From NCBI GenBank assembly GCA_965197525.1, contig OZ240211.1, positions 544,001 through 608,000 on the forward strand: 64,000 nt of DNA. Reading direction: 5' to 3'. The position numbers and the translations under genes were made by a program. Positions 59,915-64,000 of the stretch are shown here, piece by piece; the first letter of the stretch is position 1, and each line of letters starts with the position of its first letter. Below the pieces are notes generated by a model that saw nothing but the letters and a program-made list of their open reading frames with translations, made no database searches and was not told the origin of the DNA. The stretch comes from Nitrosopumilus sp. (lineage in GTDB: Archaea; Thermoproteota; Nitrososphaeria; Nitrososphaerales; Nitrosopumilaceae).

Positions 59915-60457
59915 ACAACACTCAAAGTAGAATACAAAACTATATTTTCCTAACAATATTCCCGATTAAACACGATTATTATTTGATATAGGAAATAACA
60001 GAAAAGATGAGAATAGAAAATGCATAGTGTTAATAGTAAATCAGCGCGCAATTCAAGATAAGATAACACGTTACAGCATCAAGGCCATCTAGCAGTATCT
60101 AATTTTATGGCATCTATAGTTTAGATTACTCACAAAGCAATCTAAAGACTAGTAGTAAAAAACTACATGATTGTGTAAAACATTCATGTTAGAATCTTAA
60201 TAGATTATACACTTTAAGAAGAAAAACATCATAACAATTATCAAATCAGACAACAAATGAATAATGATGATGATAAGAATAATGCGCAGCATTAAAAATA
60301 CTACACTAGATCAAAGTAAATGAAATGATACGCTAAAATAGCACAACTGCATAATAGCATATAACTAATATTATTAAAAACCAAAATGAATTTAAAAATA
60401 ATGAAAAAACAACAAACGCATAAAATTATTTCTAAATGCAAGAAATCACTTGAGTTT

Positions 60458-60653
60458 AATTAGGTGTATCTAATTAGGTGTATCTAATTAGGTGTATCTA
60501 ATTAGGTGTATCTAATTAGGTGTATCTAATTAGGTGTATCTAATTAGGTATGTCTAATTAGGTGTATCTAATTAGGTATGTCTAATTAGGTGTATCTAAT
60601 TAGGTATGTCTAATTAGGTGTATCTAATTAGGTATGTCTAATTAGTCGCATCT
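60458..60653. repeat. 14-bp minisatellite AATTAGGT(GTA/ATG)TCT, 13 units plus 1 degenerate unit
   Basis: Unit order AAAAAABABABAB; palindrome CTAATTAG at each junction. Confidence 0.97.
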
Positions 60654-60695
60654 AATTTTAGGATCATTTATTAGCACAAAATAGTAACAATACAC

Positions 60696-60992
60696 ATGAA
60701 CTTATGGAATAAATTTTGGCATTGGTATGAAAACAAAATACTTGGCAGCATAGTAATAATTGCAGTAATTCAGTTCATTCAGGTTCCACACATGGTATGG
60801 AATGCCGATATAATGCTAGAGGCAGGAATTGTGTCAAGAGTACACCCAATACTTGATTGGTTTTTGTATGGAGTTGATTTGATTGAGATTGTCTCGATTG
60901 TTAATGTTGGAATGATCATGTTTAGTCTCATCAAACAAAGATCAGAGAAAAAGAAGAAATATGTAGATGCTACAACAAAGCAAAGTGCATAG
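60696..60992 (+). CDS. Small membrane protein
   Basis: Two hydrophobic segments. Confidence 0.65.
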   Translation: MNLWNKFWHWYENKILGSIVIIAVIQFIQVPHMVWNADIMLEAGIVSRVHPILDWFLYGVDLIEIVSIVNVGMIMFSLIKQRSEKKKKYVDATTKQSA

Positions 60993-61820
60993 CTATTCTT
61001 CTTCTTCTTTGGATTTCCAAATTACGCGTTGTGGAAAGGGGATCTCTATACCTGCTTTGTCCAAAGCGCGTTTTATCACTTTGAGCATGAGGGGTTGGGC
61101 CTGACTCCAATCAGATACAGGGTGCCAAACAAATACACGAATATTGACACTCGAATCAGCTAATTCTTCGATTCTAAACTCAGGTGCAGGTATAACCAAA
61201 ACAAAAGGCATTGAGAGCCTAATCTCGGTCTTGATTGCAGATATGGCATCATCAATATCATGATTGTAGGCGATTCCTACTACAGCGTCAGACCGCCTGA
61301 CGACTGACAAGGCAAAGGAACGAATATTGGCCGTAAAGAATTTTTCGTTGGGAATTCTAATTACAGTTCCATCAAACATTCGAACTCTGCTAGAAAAGGT
61401 TGCAATATCCAACAGAGTTCCGGTGACTCCCATATCTGGAATCTGTATGGAATCTCCATGTTTGGCAGGTTTTTCAATCATCAAAAAGACCCCGGATATC
61501 AAATTTGATATTACAGATTGCGTTGCAAATCCTATCACAACTGCAAAGATTCCGCCTGCTACCAGCAAGCCAGAAAAGTCAATACCCTGACTAGATGTAA
61601 ATACTAAAAATGAGATAATGATTATTCCAAAATAAATAATCTTGCCGAAATTTTTTGCAGTGTCTTTAGGAAGTGTGGGAGCATAATATCTAAAAAACAA
61701 CATCTGGATAATTTTTGCAATGGTTATTCCAACTGCCATAATTATTCCACCAAGCAATAAAGAGAGAACAGTTAATCCGCCTGTAATCTCCATTGCAGAT
61801 AAACTTTGGAATATGTCCAT
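60993..61820 (-). CDS. mscS: Small-conductance mechanosensitive channel
   Basis: IGFATQSVISNLISG, IPNEKF, IEIPFPQR. Confidence 0.93.
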   Translation of the reverse strand: MDIFQSLSAMEITGGLTVLSLLLGGIIMAVGITIAKIIQMLFFRYYAPTLPKDTAKNFGKIIYFGIIIISFLVFTSSQGIDFSGLLVAGGIFAVVIGFATQSVISNLISGVFLMIEKPAKHGDSIQIPDMGVTGTLLDIATFSSRVRMFDGTVIRIPNEKFFTANIRSFALSVVRRSDAVVGIAYNHDIDDAISAIKTEIRLSMPFVLVIPAPEFRIEELADSSVNIRVFVWHPVSDWSQAQPLMLKVIKRALDKAGIEIPFPQRVIWKSKEEEE

Positions 61821-61821
61821 A

Positions 61822-62589
61822 CTAGTCTAGCTCCATCTCCATAATAGTGTTAGATGTACTCTTCTCCCAAGTAGGGGATTTTGTCCAATCAGTATCAAGT
61901 GGTTCAACTTTGATGTCAGCAATATTAACTAGTCCTCGTTTCCGCATTATAACTTTGATACTGCCAATAACAGATTCGGAATTTTTATAGTAAATGGAAT
62001 TATCAGTAATTGGAAAGACAACTTTGTCTACCGCTTGATCAGAATTTAACTGATTTTCTATGGTTATCTTCATCATTGCCTTAAGATATGCAGTATTATC
62101 AAAACTCTCAAATGTGCGTACAGTAGTGTTAGCATACCTGCATAAAAATCCAGTATCAGTAGATCCATGCAAGGCAAATCTAGAATTTACAGGATCGCAG
62201 GTTATACAATCAAGTGAATCATGATTAGAGTCATGCATCAAAAATACGCCTATCTCAATGGGGCATTCAACGAAGATATTGATGACAGACTTGTCACGCA
62301 GATAGATCTCTTTGTCAAATTGTAAAAAGACATAATTGCCACGCCTAGCAGGATAGTTCAACGGTCTAATAGGCGCAACCTCGATGCCAAGATTATCAGT
62401 TGCTACAGGGATAATCTTTTCTACTGTTGTGCCTTGAGCATCTTCTCTAGAGTAGGAGAATGTGTGCTTGTCAATTCGTTTTATCGCTATTGTGGCGTTT
62501 AGAAGATTTAAATCCAAAGTATCGCTTATCTTATAAACACCGTATGGGGAAGAACCATCCTTCTCTTTCCCATTTAGATTCTCATCCAT
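61822..62589 (-). CDS. DUF432 family protein
   Basis: PIRPLNYP, PIEIGVF, LHGSTDTG.LCRY; usual mscS neighbour. Confidence 0.8.
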   Translation of the reverse strand: MDENLNGKEKDGSSPYGVYKISDTLDLNLLNATIAIKRIDKHTFSYSREDAQGTTVEKIIPVATDNLGIEVAPIRPLNYPARRGNYVFLQFDKEIYLRDKSVINIFVECPIEIGVFLMHDSNHDSLDCITCDPVNSRFALHGSTDTGFLCRYANTTVRTFESFDNTAYLKAMMKITIENQLNSDQAVDKVVFPITDNSIYYKNSESVIGSIKVIMRKRGLVNIADIKVEPLDTDWTKSPTWEKSTSNTIMEMELD

Positions 62590-62655
62590 CTCTTTGATTA
62601 TGTTCCAAGCGTTAATTTATGCTATGCTATGCCAATGTGTGACCCTATACCAGAA

Positions 62656-63864
62656 TTAAAAAAAATCAGATAACAGTCGCTGACGCATCAGCTCAAAGAT
62701 ATTACAGTGCAAAAACCACTGGGTCTTGTCAATACCTGTTTGGGTACATGCGTATGTTATTGCATCTGTAAGATCATCTCTAATTACAGGGTCTTGAGTC
62801 ATGGCCTCACGAACACCTTCTCTGACTTGCCATACACCAACAGGAATAATGTATTCAGGCTTTATCTCTCGCAGTATGATAACGCCTGCTTGAATTTGAT
62901 GTTTAGATAGATACTCTAAAACACCTAATCTGGCAGCATGAAAAGCGCCTGCTGTTTGAGGTGGATTATGATTAATGCCGCGGGCATTCTCACAGTCTGA
63001 ACCAAATCCCAAAATACCATTATCAGAGTGCCATGCCTCAACGAACTCGTATATCCATCTATGAGGAAACAAGACTATACAAAAAATATTTCCATAATGT
63101 GTATAATAGAAAACGCGAAATGAATCTATAAGAGGATAGTCAAGTATGTCATTTACAAGAGATTGGCATATGATACTATCAGTTGCAGTAATACTCCATC
63201 TAGTAGGGACGAGTTTCCTCTCTTTACCCAACATCCCCACACTAAAACATTTTTGAATCTTTGAGACATCCACCCCGGCATTGTATAAATTTAAAACAGC
63301 ATCTGATGCCCCAAGATCAGAGTCATAGTATGTGTTCTCAATTGCATTAAGAGGTGATGCTGCAGAGAATTTTGCAGACTTTATTTCGCCTACGGGTCCA
63401 AAAGGCGCACTATGAGCATCAAAGGTGATATTGTTGGAAGATACGGGTTTTTGAAATACCAGATCAGAGTCAATAGACTTGGATGACATTACCATCTCTT
63501 GTAAATTCTCAATGTAGCGCCCGTCAGTGGCATCGGCCCGAATCTTTTGAATGCCACGTACAAGATTTAACCTAAAATTGATTATATCCCTAAGCGACAT
63601 GCCTTTCCACCTCTCAGGACTGTCAAACATACTGGTATCATCACCGTGAATTGGCGGAACAAGTGGACCCACCGTAACTTGAGGATAGTTATATGATCCT
63701 ACAAATACTGAAGGAGGACTAGTGCCACTAAGGGAGTCAGATGAGAATCTAGTACTTGAATTAGACAAAGTCTCATACCATCTGGCTTGAAGCATATGTC
63801 GTATATCTTTGGAATCAGATGACATTATACTTGTATAGAAAACAGTCTTAATAACATATGTCAT
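62656..63864 (-). CDS. nreA: Nre-family archaeal DNA repair protein
   Basis: SPPSVFVG..YP, LVPTRWSITA.D, PVGVWQVRE.VR, C-terminal PIP box QRLLSDFF. Confidence 0.92.
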   Translation of the reverse strand: MTYVIKTVFYTSIMSSDSKDIRHMLQARWYETLSNSSTRFSSDSLSGTSPPSVFVGSYNYPQVTVGPLVPPIHGDDTSMFDSPERWKGMSLRDIINFRLNLVRGIQKIRADATDGRYIENLQEMVMSSKSIDSDLVFQKPVSSNNITFDAHSAPFGPVGEIKSAKFSAASPLNAIENTYYDSDLGASDAVLNLYNAGVDVSKIQKCFSVGMLGKERKLVPTRWSITATDSIICQSLVNDILDYPLIDSFRVFYYTHYGNIFCIVLFPHRWIYEFVEAWHSDNGILGFGSDCENARGINHNPPQTAGAFHAARLGVLEYLSKHQIQAGVIILREIKPEYIIPVGVWQVREGVREAMTQDPVIRDDLTDAITYACTQTGIDKTQWFLHCNIFELMRQRLLSDFF

Positions 63865-63915
63865 AAATGTACAAATTATAGTATGATCTTAAAGAATGAA
63901 GAAGAAAAAGAAGGT

Positions 63916-64000
63916 ATGCCAATAAACAGAATAGTCTCCTTATTACCTAGTGCAACAGAACTAGTGTACGCATTAGGAGTGCAAGACAAACTGTATGGGG
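63916..64000 (+). CDS. Cobalamin/iron ABC substrate-binding protein, N-terminus (runs off window)
   Basis: MPINRIVSLLPSATELVYALG motif. Confidence 0.8.
   Translation, partial: MPINRIVSLLPSATELVYALGVQDKLYG

Noticed and set aside
59915-60457. Replication origin
   Set aside because: AT-rich, but no adjacent cdc6/orc1 and no recognisable ORB repeats
60458-60653. CRISPR array
   Set aside because: 14-bp head-to-tail units with no unique spacers

Overview
A 64-kb AT-rich chromosomal segment from an ammonia-oxidising archaeon (Nitrosopumilaceae-like, inferred from gene content: archaeal proS, class I lysS, TBP, Elp3, cofE/cofG/cofH, rps24e/rps27ae, Nre, PAC2, DUF1512, DUF309, DUF432). The housekeeping backbone is heavily invaded by mobile DNA, remnants and repeat expansions, which would fit a host-associated lineage (inference). 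Main observation: three full-length tnpB genes with intact RuvC D/E/D residues and two deletion derivatives lie alone between terminal inverted repeats (TIRs), three of the five with perfect 8-bp target-site duplications (TSDs). This is not the end structure of canonical IS200/IS605 or IS607 elements. Family A has GGGAATTAYATAC ends (1581-3217 and an in-frame-deleted 386-bp copy at 18158-18543). Family B has IS6-type GGTTCTGT ends (23478-24764, 54949-56235, 4812-5199). The same GGTTCTGT terminus bounds a 5.1-kb cargo transposon encoding a frameshifted SWIM/Zn-ribbon/IS6 DDE transposase plus an AbrB-like gene (39727-44872), and an 835-bp relic (28469-29303). Also present: a secreted triple-Cache/vanadium-haloperoxidase-like fusion, an interrupted histone-H1-like repeat gene, an EcoRI-family methylase with a DUF262-HNH nuclease beside a cysteine-desulfurase relic, ISH3 and IS481 elements, a candidate structured RNA and several satellites. 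No CRISPR array, rRNA or tRNA was recognised. Family assignments come from motif recognition only; no database search was run.
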